From: Acidimicrobiia bacterium
Lineage (GTDB): Bacteria; Actinomycetota; Acidimicrobiia; Spongiisociales; ZC4RG35
Direction: 5' to 3'
Length of the DNA stretch: 64,000 nt
Assembly: GCA_040905905.1 (NCBI GenBank)
Contig: JBBDQN010000030.1
Location: 15,782-79,781, forward strand
Below the pieces are notes generated by a model, which saw only the letters and a list, made by a program, of their open reading frames with translations, was not told the origin of the DNA and did not search any database. This document shows positions 25,461-36,434 of this stretch, piece by piece. Position numbers and translations under genes: made by a program. Every line of letters begins with the position of its first letter. Position 1 is the first letter of the stretch.

Positions 25461-27020
25461 GTGACGACCGCCACCCTGCGAACGCTGCGTCTGGGCGAGA
25501 AGAACTATCCACTCGTCCTCCCCAGCATCCGCGACCCTCGTCTGCACTTGGCCGGCGTCATCATCACCATCCACATCCTCGGCCAGACCGAACTGGGATT
25601 CCGGGTGACGGTGCCTCAAATCCTGGCGGCGATCCTCTCCTGCTTCATGCTCGAGGTGGCGATCACCTTTGTACGCAGCCGCCAGATCGTCTGGCCGGCC
25701 AGTGCCATGCTTACCGGAAGCGGGGTTGGTCTGATCTTTCGGGTCGTAGGCACCGAGCGCGGCGACCACTGGGGTTGGTCCGGCTGGCATCTGTTCGCCC
25801 TCGTGGCGGGATTCTCGCTGCTCACCAAGTACATGATCCGAAGCCGGGGCTCACATGTGTTCAACCCCTCCAACGTCGGTCTGGTCGTGGCTTTTCTCCT
25901 GCTTGGCAGCACCCGGGTGGAGCCCCTGGACTTCTGGTGGGCACCCTTCGACGGGTGGATGGCCTTTGCCTACCTTGTCATCCTGGCCGGTGGGCTGTTG
26001 ATCACCGCCCGGCTTCGACTCCTCGAGCTGGCGGCGACGTTCTGGCTGGTGCTGGCGGCGGGTCTGGGTCTGGTGGCCGCCTCCGGTCACTGCATGACGG
26101 CCGCCTGGGCGCTGCAGCCGGTGTGTGGAGGGGAGTTCTGGTCAGTGGTGGTCGGTTCGCCCGAGATCCTGATCTTTCTCTTCTTCATGATCACCGACCC
26201 CAGGACAATCCCGGCCGGTCGCGCGGCCCGGATCGCCTTCGCCGCGGCTTTGGCGCTGGTCAGCACCCTGCTGATCGCCCCGCAGTCGACCGAGTTCGGG
26301 GCCAAGGTCGGTCTGTTGGCCAGCCTCGTCTTGCTCAGCCCGGTGCGACAGTTCTTCGACAAGGCTTTCGGAGAGAAGGTGGTGACCCGTCTCACCTCCG
26401 CGGGCGGCGTCGAATTGGCGCCCTGGCGGATCTTCTCCCGCGGGGCCGTGGTCGGCGCCGTTCTCGCCGTACTGGTGATCGCCATCCTGGCGGCCGGCAG
26501 CCCCGCCCGGGTGCTGGCAGGACCCGACCCCAACCTCATCCCGACCGGGTTGGAGGTGGTAGTCGACCCGGCGACCCTGCCCACGGTGACGGTCGACGAC
26601 GACGTGGCGGCGTTGAACGCCGAAGTTGGGGCGCAGTCCGGCCAGGTTGCCTTGGCCGTGGCGAAGAATCTCGCCATCGAAGGCGAGGCGATGCGGCGGG
26701 CCGACCCCAGCCTCCTGCGATCGGCCAACGACGGCGAACGCCTAGTCGAGCTCGAGCGGAGGATCGAGGCGGCCGCCACTGCCGGTGAACTGGTGGTCGA
26801 CCACTACTCCTTCGATTCTCTGCATCTGCGAGTCGTCCAGACCGAGGGCCCCCAGGGTGGGGCCAGCCTTGCCGTCGATGCGGTCGGAACCGTCGAAGAG
26901 GTCACGTACGACCCTCTGGGAGTGGAACTCCGCCGCGCTACTGCTGCTTTTGCCTCCACCTTTGTTTTGCGTCAGGGCTCGGACGGACGCTGGCTGATCA
27001 CAGCCGAGCTGGCGAAATGA
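25461..27020 (+). CDS. Membrane protein with an NqrB/RnfD-like N-terminal domain and a roughly 200-aa C-terminal soluble domain.
   Basis: About 9 TM helices. The HVFNPSNVGLVVAFLLLG motif is reminiscent of the (H/R)xFNPA motif of the RnfD/NqrB family. No other rnf or nqr genes are nearby. Confidence 0.5.
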   Translation: MTTATLRTLRLGEKNYPLVLPSIRDPRLHLAGVIITIHILGQTELGFRVTVPQILAAILSCFMLEVAITFVRSRQIVWPASAMLTGSGVGLIFRVVGTERGDHWGWSGWHLFALVAGFSLLTKYMIRSRGSHVFNPSNVGLVVAFLLLGSTRVEPLDFWWAPFDGWMAFAYLVILAGGLLITARLRLLELAATFWLVLAAGLGLVAASGHCMTAAWALQPVCGGEFWSVVVGSPEILIFLFFMITDPRTIPAGRAARIAFAAALALVSTLLIAPQSTEFGAKVGLLASLVLLSPVRQFFDKAFGEKVVTRLTSAGGVELAPWRIFSRGAVVGAVLAVLVIAILAAGSPARVLAGPDPNLIPTGLEVVVDPATLPTVTVDDDVAALNAEVGAQSGQVALAVAKNLAIEGEAMRRADPSLLRSANDGERLVELERRIEAAATAGELVVDHYSFDSLHLRVVQTEGPQGGASLAVDAVGTVEEVTYDPLGVELRRATAAFASTFVLRQGSDGRWLITAELAK

Positions 27021-28216
27021 GCATGGACCAGAACCCGGTGATCGAGAGGCTGGGTCGGCCGTTGCGGCTGGCGGTGATTGGCGGCGGTCCGGGCAGCTTC
27101 ATCGGTGGAGTGCACCGGGCGGCGGCTCGGCTCGACGGGCGCTACGAGTTGGCGGCGGGGGCCGTTTCGTCGGATCCAGAGCGGTCGCGGGTGGCGGGAG
27201 CCGGTCTTGGTCTCGGCCCCGACCGGGTCTATTCAGACGCTCTGAGCTTGCTTGACGACGAAGCCGCCCGGGAAGACGGGGCCGAAGTCGTCGCGATCAT
27301 GACCCCGAACGACAGCCACTACCCCTATGCCCGGGCGGCCCTCGAGGGCGGCTTCGACGTGATCTGCGACAAGCCCATCACCAACACTCTCGATGAAGCG
27401 ATGGATCTGGTCGCCCGGGTGGCCGCGACGGGCCTCGTCTTCTGTCTCACCCACAACTACACCGGATATCCCATGGTGCGCCAGGCGCGGGCGATGGTTC
27501 AGAACGGACAGTTGGGGACCATCCGCCTGGTCCAGGTGGAGTATGTCCAAGGAGGCAAGGCGAGAGAAGACGACCCCGATCCCTCCCACGGTCTGCCTTG
27601 GCGCTACGACCCGGTCCGAGGTGGCCCTTCGCTGGTGATGGGCGACATCGGCACCCACGCCCACAACCTCGTCAGGTTCATCACCGGGATTGAAGTCGCG
27701 GAACTGTCTGCCCAAGTGGGAGCGGTGGTTCCCGGTCGGCTAGTCGACGACTACGCCAGCGCCATGCTCCGTTTCGAAAACGGCGCCCGCGGCAGCTTCT
27801 GGGTCACCCAGGCCGCCGCCGGAGTGGAGAACTCTTTGCGGGTGCGGGTTTCGGGAACCGGGGGAACCCTGGAATGGCACCAGGAACAACCGGCCCGACT
27901 TTCCTTCAAGCCGCTGATCGGCCCGGCCGAGGTGAGGACACCCAACGGTCCGGGGACCCTGCCCCTGGCGGCGAGGGCAAGTCGAGTCGTCAAAGGACAC
28001 CCAGGCGGTTTTCTCGAGGCCTTCGCCAACCTCTACTCCGATGCCGCCGAGGCCATCGCGGCCCGTCGCACCGGCACCGACCCCGATCCGTTGGCGCTGC
28101 ACTTTCCCACCGCCATTGACGGGGCGTGGGGGCTCAAGTTTGTCGATGCCGCCGTGACCTCCAGCGCCGCCGGCGGAGCCTGGATCACTGCGGCGCTGGA
28201 GCTGCCGAAGGGCTGA
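27017..28216 (+). CDS. Gfo/Idh/MocA family oxidoreductase.
   Basis: N-terminal Rossmann LRLAVIGGGPGSFIGGVH. ATGA overlap with the upstream gene. Confidence 0.8.
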   Translation: MSMDQNPVIERLGRPLRLAVIGGGPGSFIGGVHRAAARLDGRYELAAGAVSSDPERSRVAGAGLGLGPDRVYSDALSLLDDEAAREDGAEVVAIMTPNDSHYPYARAALEGGFDVICDKPITNTLDEAMDLVARVAATGLVFCLTHNYTGYPMVRQARAMVQNGQLGTIRLVQVEYVQGGKAREDDPDPSHGLPWRYDPVRGGPSLVMGDIGTHAHNLVRFITGIEVAELSAQVGAVVPGRLVDDYASAMLRFENGARGSFWVTQAAAGVENSLRVRVSGTGGTLEWHQEQPARLSFKPLIGPAEVRTPNGPGTLPLAARASRVVKGHPGGFLEAFANLYSDAAEAIAARRTGTDPDPLALHFPTAIDGAWGLKFVDAAVTSSAAGGAWITAALELPKG

Positions 28217-28221
28217 GGCGG

Positions 28222-29598
28222 TCAGCCCGCCATCGTCATGACCCGATCGGGTCGGAGCAGGAACGGAGGCAGATAGGCGGGGATATTCGAGAACGGCAGC
28301 ACGTCCTCGTGTAACTCGATACCGAGCACGTCTTGCATGAAGCGGCGCCGGGCCTGGATGCGGTCCCATGCCTCGGAATAGGTGGCCGCAAAGGCCTCGC
28401 GGAGTTGGCGGTCGGCCAGAGCGATGCCGTCCTCGATGTTGGTGGTGAAGTAGTCGGTTCCCGTGGCCGGGATGATGTCGACCTGCAGTGCCATCCCCGA
28501 CCTCAGTTCTATGGTCGATCCCGGCGCTACCGGCGAGTTGACCCACTCATCGAGGCTGAGCTGGTGGCCGGGGTTGAGGAAGATCCCGAAGAAGGGGTCG
28601 CCGAGGCGGCGGTCGATGATCTCCTGGAGCACGCCCCCGGTCTGGCCTATGTGGAGGGCGCCGTACCACTCGGCGACCGCCTCGAAGTAGGGACTGACCA
28701 GACGCTCGATGTAGTCCCCGATCTCCATCGGCAGGTCCTCGGGTCCGGCCACGACGAAGCCGGCCCGACAGTTGAGCGCCCCCCAGATCCCGAAGGCGAC
28801 GGTGAAACGGTCGCCCGGCTCGATGCGCCGGTCGCCCGGGCTCAGCAAACCCAGGGTTGCCCGGGGGCCGCTAGTCAACATCAGATGGCACGAGAGCGGC
28901 TGGCCGTTCCACGCCAGCAGCCGCACCGCCTCTTGTTCGGTCATCCCGGGTCGGAGCCCGAACATGACCTGGCGCACTCCTTGGGAGGTCTGGCAGGCGG
29001 CGTATTCGAAGGCGGCGAGCTGCTCGACTTCGTTAATCACCCGGAGGCCATCAGCGGCGTCGATCATGAGGTCGGCGGCGTTCTCCACCAATCCGCCTGC
29101 GCCGGTCATCTGACGGAGTTCGTCGACGATGAAGGCCGGGAGTTCGATCAGCTCACGGCGGGCGTATCCCTTCCATCCGATGACGCCGACCCGGCTGCCG
29201 GCGCCGATGCCTTCCTCGGCGAGGATCTCGACCAGCGGTCGTGAGCGGTCGCGGGGCTGGCTGGGCAGGCTTAGATCCTGGAAGAGGTGACGCCGCATGG
29301 ATACCGGGGCCGCTCCCGCCATCCCGAAACACTCGTTGCCCACCAGGACGGCGGGCTCGTCGGTGCCACCGAGCACCAACACCGCCTCCTCGAACCGGGG
29401 GTCGAAGCCCGTGAGATAGGAGAGGTTGGCGCTGTGTTCGCGGTCGGCGTAGACGAGCAGCCGGTCGTAGTCACGGTCGGCGGCACGGGTCTGCAGGCGT
29501 TGCAGCCGAGTCTGGTAGACCGAGGGCGGTATCTCCGGCATGGCGCTGGGCATGCCGAAATCGGGAAGGTCGACCTGGGTAAGGCGGGCTCTCTTCAT
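28222..29598 (-). CDS. M24-family (creatinase/prolidase-fold) metallopeptidase-like hydrolase.
   Basis: The two-domain architecture typical of Xaa-Pro aminopeptidase, creatinase and ectoine-hydrolase-like enzymes. Moderate confidence. Confidence 0.55.
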   Translation of the reverse strand: MKRARLTQVDLPDFGMPSAMPEIPPSVYQTRLQRLQTRAADRDYDRLLVYADREHSANLSYLTGFDPRFEEAVLVLGGTDEPAVLVGNECFGMAGAAPVSMRRHLFQDLSLPSQPRDRSRPLVEILAEEGIGAGSRVGVIGWKGYARRELIELPAFIVDELRQMTGAGGLVENAADLMIDAADGLRVINEVEQLAAFEYAACQTSQGVRQVMFGLRPGMTEQEAVRLLAWNGQPLSCHLMLTSGPRATLGLLSPGDRRIEPGDRFTVAFGIWGALNCRAGFVVAGPEDLPMEIGDYIERLVSPYFEAVAEWYGALHIGQTGGVLQEIIDRRLGDPFFGIFLNPGHQLSLDEWVNSPVAPGSTIELRSGMALQVDIIPATGTDYFTTNIEDGIALADRQLREAFAATYSEAWDRIQARRRFMQDVLGIELHEDVLPFSNIPAYLPPFLLRPDRVMTMAG

Positions 29599-29605
29599 GC
29601 CTTCT

Positions 29606-31257
29606 TCAACTCTGGGGTGGAAGCCACGGCTGCGCCTGGTTGGCGTTCCGATCGATCGTAAGAAACTGGTTGGCGTCCACGGTCAGCCATGGCCCTCTCT
29701 CTCCGTCCGGCCACTGCACCCTCACCTTGGCTCGGATGGTGGCCCCGAGCCCGAAGTGGATCCAACCGAGTTGGCCCCCGGCGTGGCCGCCGCCGATGGT
29801 CACCTCCCGCTCCATCGTGTGCCGCCCGATGCGGACCTCGATCCACGAGCCCACTGCGTCACGGTTGGAACCTGTCTGGCGGAGTTGGAGGGCAATCCAG
29901 TTGCCTGGTGGGGCGGTCGGCTCGCCCTCGCCGGGGCCGAGGCTCCGCCACAAAGTGACGTTCTCCCGCCGGTTCACCTCGACCAGGTCCAACCAGCCGT
30001 CGAGATTGAAGTCGGCCAAGGCCGCCCCTCGCACCCGGTCGAAGGTCACCAGACCGGCGGCTTCGGCGCCCTCGGTGAAGGTCCCGTCGGGGTTGCCCAG
30101 CAGGAGGTTGCTCGGGTCCCGGACGGCGAATTCGCGCATCGCCTCGACGTTGCCCTTGGTGATGAAGAGGTCGACCAGGCCGTCGTTGTTGACGTCCTGG
30201 AACTCAGCATGCCAGGCGGTGGAGGGCAGGGCCACGTCGCCCGCATAGGGCCGATGGGCGGTGACGCCTCGCTGAAAGGCGATGTCCTGGTAGTTCGGCT
30301 CAGCGTCACCATCGGCCAGTGTCTGCAGCTTGTTGTCGCCCTGGCTCGTCAGGAACACTTCGGGCAGACCATCGCCGGTGAGGTCGTGGCTGGCGATACC
30401 CATGCCCCAGATCTGCATCTTCTGCCAACCATCGTCGCGCGTGTAGAGGCGAGGGGTCTCCCCGTCGGCGATACGCCAAAGCTGCTCCTCGCCATCGCGG
30501 TAGTAGTGGCGGTCGTTGGTCATTCGCAGGTCGCGCCGACCTGATCGGTCCCAATCACTGAACAGAATCGAAAGGGTGCACCAGCCGGGTGATAAGGGAA
30601 TTGGTGCGCTGTAGCGTGCTCCATCCTTTGGACGGAACAGGGTGTTATCGGAGCAGCCGGCTCGCTCCCCCGATTCCTCCAGATTGACATAGTTGCCAAA
30701 GGCGAGAGTGGGGAGCGCCGCCGAACCCTCCCACGTCGCGCTGAAAGCCGCGGTCCAGGCTTCGCCCCCGTCGATTTCCCAGGTTTCGTTCGCCCGCTCG
30801 AACCGGCACTCCCCTAGGCCACGGAGGAGCACGTTTTCGCCATATCGAAGAACCGCCAGGTCGATGTTGCCGTCGCTGTCAATGTCTAATGGGTATGCGC
30901 CGGTCACCTCTGCGAGATCGGTCACTACATCGGGTACCGGTGCGAATCGAAGGCTGTCGCCCACCCGACTCTCGTTGCGGTAGAGGGCCGCAGGGTTGGT
31001 GCCTCCCGCCACATAAAGGTCGGGCCTCCCGTCATCGTTGCAATCGAACACCGCCACCCCGCCACCGACGAAAAAGGTGAAGTCTCCGTCGTAGGTATGG
31101 TCGATTCCGGCGACGGATGTCTCCTCAACAAAGCGGGGCGGGCCCATCGCCTCCGTGGGAACACCCCGCTCGATCCAGGAGATGCCGGCCAGGACAATGG
31201 CGACCGTGGCCAATGAACCGGTCGTAATGCCGGCTATCAGCGAAATCACCCTGTTCA
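29606..31257 (-). CDS. FG-GAP repeat / ASPIC-UnbV (CRTAC1-family) protein, membrane-anchored or secreted. The start is uncertain: alternative GTGs lie at 31248, and an ATG lies at 31450.
   Basis: Repeated DxDGDG/DGxxDL FG-GAP-like motifs, and a C-terminal GGGHAGGQLGWIHFGLG...WPDG UnbV/ASPIC-like domain. Confidence 0.55.
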
Positions 31258-31344
31258 CGACTTCCTGCTTCGCATCCGGAGACAATATCCATCGCCGACT
31301 TTTTCCGGCTTGCCCTCGGCACCGGAGCCGAAGACAATGCCGCG

Positions 31345-32355
31345 ATGGACGATGCTCAGCAGGTGACAACCGATCCGGTCCGCTGGGGCGTGCTAGGCAC
31401 CGCCAACATCGCCCTCCAGAAGGTGATTCCTGGCATGCAGGGATCCTCATTGAGCCGCGTCGATGCGATTGCCTCCCGCTCGCGGCAAAAGGCAGATGCT
31501 GCTGCCGAAAGCCTGGGAATTCCCCGGGCCTTCGGCTCCTATGAGGCCCTCCTGGACGACCCCGACATTGAGGCGGTTTACATCCCGCTTCCCAATCATC
31601 TTCATGCCGAGTGGACCCTGGCGGCGGCGGCGGCAGGCAAACACGTCCTGTGCGAGAAGCCACTGGCGCTCTCGAGCGCCGAAGCCCAGACCATGGTCGA
31701 CGGATGCCGAGCCGCCGGGGTCAGGCTGATGGAGGCGTTCATGTACCGGCTGCACCCGCTGTGGGTGGAGGTGCGCCGGTTGGTGGCGGAAGGGCTGATC
31801 GGTGACCTCATGTCGATCCAGTCGTTTTTTTCCTATCGCAACGTCGATCCTGACAACATCCGCAACATCGCCGACTACGGGGGAGGAGCTCTCATGGACG
31901 TGGGCTGTTATCCCGTGAACGTCGCCCGGATGCTCTTCGCGTCGGAACCGAAAGGGGTCAAAGCCTTGGTTCGGCGGGATGAGACGTTTGGCACCGACGT
32001 GATCACTTCGGCCATTCTCGACTTCGATGGCCGCCACGCCACCTTTACCTGCTCCACCCAGCTCGAGGACGACCAGCGGGTCGACCTGGTGGGCACTACC
32101 GGACGCCTACTGGTGGAAATTCCTTTCAACATCCCCCCCGATCGAAGCTCACGCATTTTGCACTTCGCCGGCGGCGAGCCCCCGGTTGCTCCGTGGGTGG
32201 AGGTCTACGAGGTAGACGCCGCCGACCAATACGGGATCCAGGCAGATCTCTTTTCGCAGGCGATTCGCAACAACTCCCCGGTACCGACCGGACCGGAGGA
32301 CGCCGTTGGGAACCTCGAAGTGATGGAGCGGATTTTCGCCGACGCCAAGGCTTGA
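31345..32355 (+). CDS. Gfo/Idh/MocA family oxidoreductase.
   Basis: VRWGVLGTANIALQKVIP Rossmann fold, then EKPLALSSAEAQ. Confidence 0.75.
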   Translation: MDDAQQVTTDPVRWGVLGTANIALQKVIPGMQGSSLSRVDAIASRSRQKADAAAESLGIPRAFGSYEALLDDPDIEAVYIPLPNHLHAEWTLAAAAAGKHVLCEKPLALSSAEAQTMVDGCRAAGVRLMEAFMYRLHPLWVEVRRLVAEGLIGDLMSIQSFFSYRNVDPDNIRNIADYGGGALMDVGCYPVNVARMLFASEPKGVKALVRRDETFGTDVITSAILDFDGRHATFTCSTQLEDDQRVDLVGTTGRLLVEIPFNIPPDRSSRILHFAGGEPPVAPWVEVYEVDAADQYGIQADLFSQAIRNNSPVPTGPEDAVGNLEVMERIFADAKA

Positions 32356-32421
32356 CGCCTCGATCGTGGCTAGATTCAGCCGGTCCCAGTGAGGGACAGT
32401 ATCTCGATAGGAAGTGAACGA

Positions 32422-33471
32422 ATGAAAACACGCCTTTTGGCAGTGATGGCTGTCATTGCCTTTGTACTTGGCGCCTGTGGCGGTGGAGGGGGCGCCGACG
32501 ACGACATCGTTGTCGGGGTCTCCTGGAACAACTACAACGAGGAACGTTGGGCCAAGTCGGACGAACCTGCCATCAAGGCAGCGCTTGAGGCTGGCGGCGC
32601 AAGCTATATCTCATCCGATGCTGGATCTTCGGCCGAGAAGCAGCTGGATGATGTGGAGAATCTGATCGCCCAGGGGGCTGATGTGCTCATCATCCTCGCT
32701 CAGGACGGCACAGCCATCCTTCCAGCGGTCGCCAGCGCCCTCGAGCAGGGTATTCCGGTCATCGCTTATGATCGCCTCATTGAAGATCCGGGGGTCCTCT
32801 ACCTCACCTTCGACAATGTCGGGGTGGGGCGTCTCCAAGCCGAGGTGATCTTCGGTCTGGTGCCCGAGGGCAACTACGCGATCATCAAGGGAAACCAGGC
32901 TGACGCCAACGCCGACTTCCTACGGGCCGGCTACGAAGAAGTAATTGGCGCGGCCGCCGCTGCGGGAACGATCAACATCGCCTGCGAGACCTACACGGAC
33001 AACTGGCTCCCCGATGTTGCTCAGACCAACATGGAGCAATGCCTCACCCAGGAGAACAACGAGATTGACGCCGTTCTCTCGGAGAACGACGGCATGGCCG
33101 GTGGGGTGGTGGCTGCCCTCGAGGCGCAAGGCCTGGCCGGGGTAGTGCCGGTATCCGGACAGGACGGTGACGGGGCGGCCCTCAACCGGGTCGCTCTAGG
33201 CAACCAGTCGGTATCTGTGTGGAAGGACGCTCGGGAGCTTGGCAAGGCGGCCGGTGAGGCTGCAGTTGCGTTGGCCGGGGGAACTGCTCTGGCCAGTGTG
33301 AGCGGGGTCGTGCAATTCGATTCCCCTGGAGGCAACACCCTGAACTCGATCCTGCTGACCCCGATCGCGATTACCCAAGACAACCTGGATGTCGTTATCG
33401 ATGCTGATTGGATCACCGTGGACGCGCTCTGCCAGGGTGTGGCTGCGGGGACGGTGGCGGTTTGCCCCTGA
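32422..33471 (+). CDS. xylF: Sugar (xylose/ribose-type) ABC transporter substrate-binding lipoprotein.
   Basis: [24 protein letters not shown] lipobox, followed by a periplasmic-binding-protein type I fold. Context includes xylH, an ATPase, xylB and xylA. Confidence 0.7.
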   Translation: MKTRLLAVMAVIAFVLGACGGGGGADDDIVVGVSWNNYNEERWAKSDEPAIKAALEAGGASYISSDAGSSAEKQLDDVENLIAQGADVLIILAQDGTAILPAVASALEQGIPVIAYDRLIEDPGVLYLTFDNVGVGRLQAEVIFGLVPEGNYAIIKGNQADANADFLRAGYEEVIGAAAAAGTINIACETYTDNWLPDVAQTNMEQCLTQENNEIDAVLSENDGMAGGVVAALEAQGLAGVVPVSGQDGDGAALNRVALGNQSVSVWKDARELGKAAGEAAVALAGGTALASVSGVVQFDSPGGNTLNSILLTPIAITQDNLDVVIDADWITVDALCQGVAAGTVAVCP

Positions 33472-33498
33472 GTTAACGATCCTCTAGTGACCACGACA

Positions 33499-33552
33499 CG
33501 ACGCGCCCCCGGCCCCCCCCGGGGGGCGGGGGGGGGCCCGTCGCGTGGTTTT
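33499..33552 (+). terminator. G/C homopolymer-run palindrome-like hairpin followed by TTTT, between xylF and xylH. It is a possible intra-operon attenuator or terminator.
   Basis: CGACGCGCCCCCGGCCCCCCCCGGGGGGCGGGGGGGGGCCCGTCGCG followed by TGGTTTT. Confidence 0.4.
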
Positions 33553-33569
33553 AGAGAGATGAGACGCTG

Positions 33570-34910
33570 ATGCAGGTCGCCGAACAACCAACCAGTGTCC
33601 CTGAGGCCCCGAGGGGTCGTCGGGGATGGCTCGGTTCGATTCGCGACGCCCTCCGCACTCTTCTTCGCGACACTGAAATCGACACCCGGTTGGCCGGAAT
33701 GCTGGGTGCGCTGGCAGTCATCTGGGTTGGCTTTCACATCATGTCGGGGGGGACGTTCTTGACCCCCCGCAACCTCTGGAACCTTTCGGTCCAGACCGCC
33801 ACGGTCGCCATCATGGCGACCGGGATGGTGCTGATCATCGTCTCTCGCAACATCGATCTTTCGGTGGGATCCATGTTGGGGGTCGTGGGAATGTCGATGG
33901 CGCTAGTCCAGGCGGAAGTCCTCCCCGGAATCATCGGCTTTGACCACCCGGCTACCTGGATCATCGCGGTTATCGCAGGACTTGTGCTGGGGGCGGCGAT
34001 CGGGGGCTTCCAGGGGTTCATCATCGCTTATGTAGGGGTGCCGTCCTTCATCGTCACCTTGGGCGGGTTGCTGGTATGGCGTGGCATGGCCTGGGCGCTG
34101 GCGAGCGGCCGCACCATCGCCCCGATGGACTCGACGTTCCAACTTCTGGGCGGAGGGTCCCGGGGGAGGATCGGGGGGCCGGCCAGTTGGGTGGTAGCAG
34201 TGGTCGCCTGCCTGGGAATCGTTTGGCTGATTCTGTCCGGGCGCCGCCAGCGCCGGAAGTTCGGTTTCCGCCTGCGACCGGTGTGGGCTGAAGTCACCCT
34301 CGGAGTTGTCGGCAGTCTGGCGCTCTTGGCGGCGGTTGCGGTAATCAACAGCTACCCGATGCCAGATGCCCTTGCTCGTCAATATGCCGAAGAGCGCGGG
34401 ATTCCCTGGCCCGAGGGCGGGCTGCACATTCCGCTGGGAATCGCCAACCCGGTTCTGATCGCCATCGGCGTTGCATTGGTGATGACTTTCATCGCTACCC
34501 GTCGGCGCTTCGGCCGCTATGTGTTCGCCATCGGTGGCAATCCGGAGGCTGCCGAGCTGGGTGGGATCAAGACCCGCTTGACCGTTCTTAAGACCTTCAC
34601 CCTGATGGGCATCCTCGTGGGAATCGCCGCCGCCGTGCAGACCGCTCGTCTCAATGCAGCCACCAGTGGCCTTGGACAACTTTCCGAGCTTTATGTCATC
34701 GCCGCCGCTGTGATTGGCGGGACCTCACTCTCGGGGGGGGTCGGCACGGTCTCGGGTGCCGTACTGGGCGCCCTCGTGATGCAGTCTCTGCAGTCGGGGA
34801 TGGTTCTGATGGGAGTTGACGCCCCGCTCCAGGACATCGTGGTCGGCATCGTCCTGGTCGTAGCGGTCGCTATCGACACCATCTATAGGCGGCGAGCGAG
34901 GAACAGATGA
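33570..34910 (+). CDS. xylH: Sugar ABC transporter permease (XylH/RbsC-type, branched-chain-amino-acid-transporter-like fold).
   Basis: About 10-12 TM helices. Co-operonic with the binding protein and the ATPase. Confidence 0.75.
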   Translation: MQVAEQPTSVPEAPRGRRGWLGSIRDALRTLLRDTEIDTRLAGMLGALAVIWVGFHIMSGGTFLTPRNLWNLSVQTATVAIMATGMVLIIVSRNIDLSVGSMLGVVGMSMALVQAEVLPGIIGFDHPATWIIAVIAGLVLGAAIGGFQGFIIAYVGVPSFIVTLGGLLVWRGMAWALASGRTIAPMDSTFQLLGGGSRGRIGGPASWVVAVVACLGIVWLILSGRRQRRKFGFRLRPVWAEVTLGVVGSLALLAAVAVINSYPMPDALARQYAEERGIPWPEGGLHIPLGIANPVLIAIGVALVMTFIATRRRFGRYVFAIGGNPEAAELGGIKTRLTVLKTFTLMGILVGIAAAVQTARLNAATSGLGQLSELYVIAAAVIGGTSLSGGVGTVSGAVLGALVMQSLQSGMVLMGVDAPLQDIVVGIVLVVAVAIDTIYRRRARNR

Positions 34911-35701
34911 CGGACGACTCCAGGGCTCCGGTTTCCTTAGTCGAGATGAGGAACATGAGTGTCAGCTTTGGCGGTGTTCACGCGGTTGACGATGTGTCCA
35001 TGGATCTGCATCCGGGCGAGATCCATGCGCTCCTCGGTGGCAACGGTGCCGGCAAATCGACCCTCATTAGGACTCTGTCCGGCGCCCAGAAACCTGACTC
35101 GGGTGAGATTTGCATCGGTGGTGAACCGGTGACAATCGCAAGCCCTCGCGATGCCAAAGCGTTGGGAATCGAGACCATCTATCAAACCCTGGCTCTAGCC
35201 GACAACATCGATGCACCCGGAAATGTTTTCCTCGGTCGAGAAGTGACCACCCGCTGGGGGACGCTCAACGACACCGCTATGGAAGACGCCACCCGCAAGG
35301 TGATGAAACGGCTGAACCCGAACTTCCACAACTTCAAGACGGCCGTCAACTCGCTGTCGGGCGGTCAGCGACAATCGGTAGCGATCGCCAAGGCGGTCCA
35401 TTTTGACGCCCGCGTCCTGATCATGGACGAGCCCACTGCCGCCCTCGGCCCCGCCGAGACGGAGCAAGTGAGGACGCTGATTAGACAACTCAAACAAGAG
35501 GGTCTCGGCATCATCATGATCAGCCATGACATCCATGACGTTTTCGATCTCGCCGATCGCATCACTGTCATGCTGCAGGGCAGGAAGGTGGGCACGGTCG
35601 AGAAGGCCGATGTGACGATGGACGAAGTCCTCGCCATGATCATCATCGGGAAACTTCCCGAAGAGGTCACCCAGTCTGAGTTGGCCGATCTCCGGGGCTG
35701 A
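34907..35701 (+). CDS. Sugar ABC transporter ATP-binding protein (single ATPase domain).
   Basis: Walker [10 protein letters not shown], signature LSGGQRQSV and Walker [16 protein letters not shown] overlap with the permease gene. Confidence 0.8.
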   Translation: MTDDSRAPVSLVEMRNMSVSFGGVHAVDDVSMDLHPGEIHALLGGNGAGKSTLIRTLSGAQKPDSGEICIGGEPVTIASPRDAKALGIETIYQTLALADNIDAPGNVFLGREVTTRWGTLNDTAMEDATRKVMKRLNPNFHNFKTAVNSLSGGQRQSVAIAKAVHFDARVLIMDEPTAALGPAETEQVRTLIRQLKQEGLGIIMISHDIHDVFDLADRITVMLQGRKVGTVEKADVTMDEVLAMIIIGKLPEEVTQSELADLRG

Positions 35702-35726
35702 TCAGAGCTTCCCAAGGAGGGGCAAA

Positions 35727-36434
35727 ATGAACTTGCTGGATGGACGAGTGGCGATGGTGACCGGGGCCAGCCGCGGCATCGGAGCGGCGGTCGCCCGCGC
35801 TCTGGCCGCCGAGGGCGCCCACCTCGCACTTGCCTCGCGTAGCGGTGACGACCTTGGAATTGAGGGAGCGGTCGCCCGCCAGGCGGATGTTCGCGATCCC
35901 GCCGCGCTGGAAGCGCTGGTCAAAGAGACCGTCGAACGATTCGGTGGGCTCGACATCCTCGTGGTCAACGCCGGGGTCGGTGCCTACGGGCCGTTTCTCG
36001 ACCTGCCGGCAGATCAACTCGAAGAGATGATCGACGTGAATGTGAAGGGCGCCCTCTACTCGATCCGGGCTGCCCTTCCTCACCTCCTCCGCAGCGACGC
36101 GGCCGACCTCGTCATGCTCGCCAGCGAGGCGGGGCGTCGGGGCCTCCCGTTGGAGGCGGTCTATTGCTCATCGAAATTCGCCCAGGTGGGCATGACCCGG
36201 GCCCTCGACCATGAACTGCGCGAACAAGGAGTTCGCTGTACCAATGTGTGTCCGGGCGGGGTGGCAACCGACTTTGCCATGGGACGGGGCCGGACCCCGG
36301 ACATGCCCGCCCTACAGGCGATGATGACTCCCGAGGATGTGGCCGAGGTGGTCCTCTTCGTGCTCACCCGGCCCCGCAACCACCGACTGCTGGAAGTGGC
36401 GTTGCGGCCGGTGACAGAGACTTCCTGGGGCTAG
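35727..36434 (+). CDS. SDR-family short-chain dehydrogenase/reductase.
   Basis: [15 protein letters not shown] cofactor motif, and the Yxxx K catalytic region CSSKFA. Confidence 0.8.
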   Translation: MNLLDGRVAMVTGASRGIGAAVARALAAEGAHLALASRSGDDLGIEGAVARQADVRDPAALEALVKETVERFGGLDILVVNAGVGAYGPFLDLPADQLEEMIDVNVKGALYSIRAALPHLLRSDAADLVMLASEAGRRGLPLEAVYCSSKFAQVGMTRALDHELREQGVRCTNVCPGGVATDFAMGRGRTPDMPALQAMMTPEDVAEVVLFVLTRPRNHRLLEVALRPVTETSWG

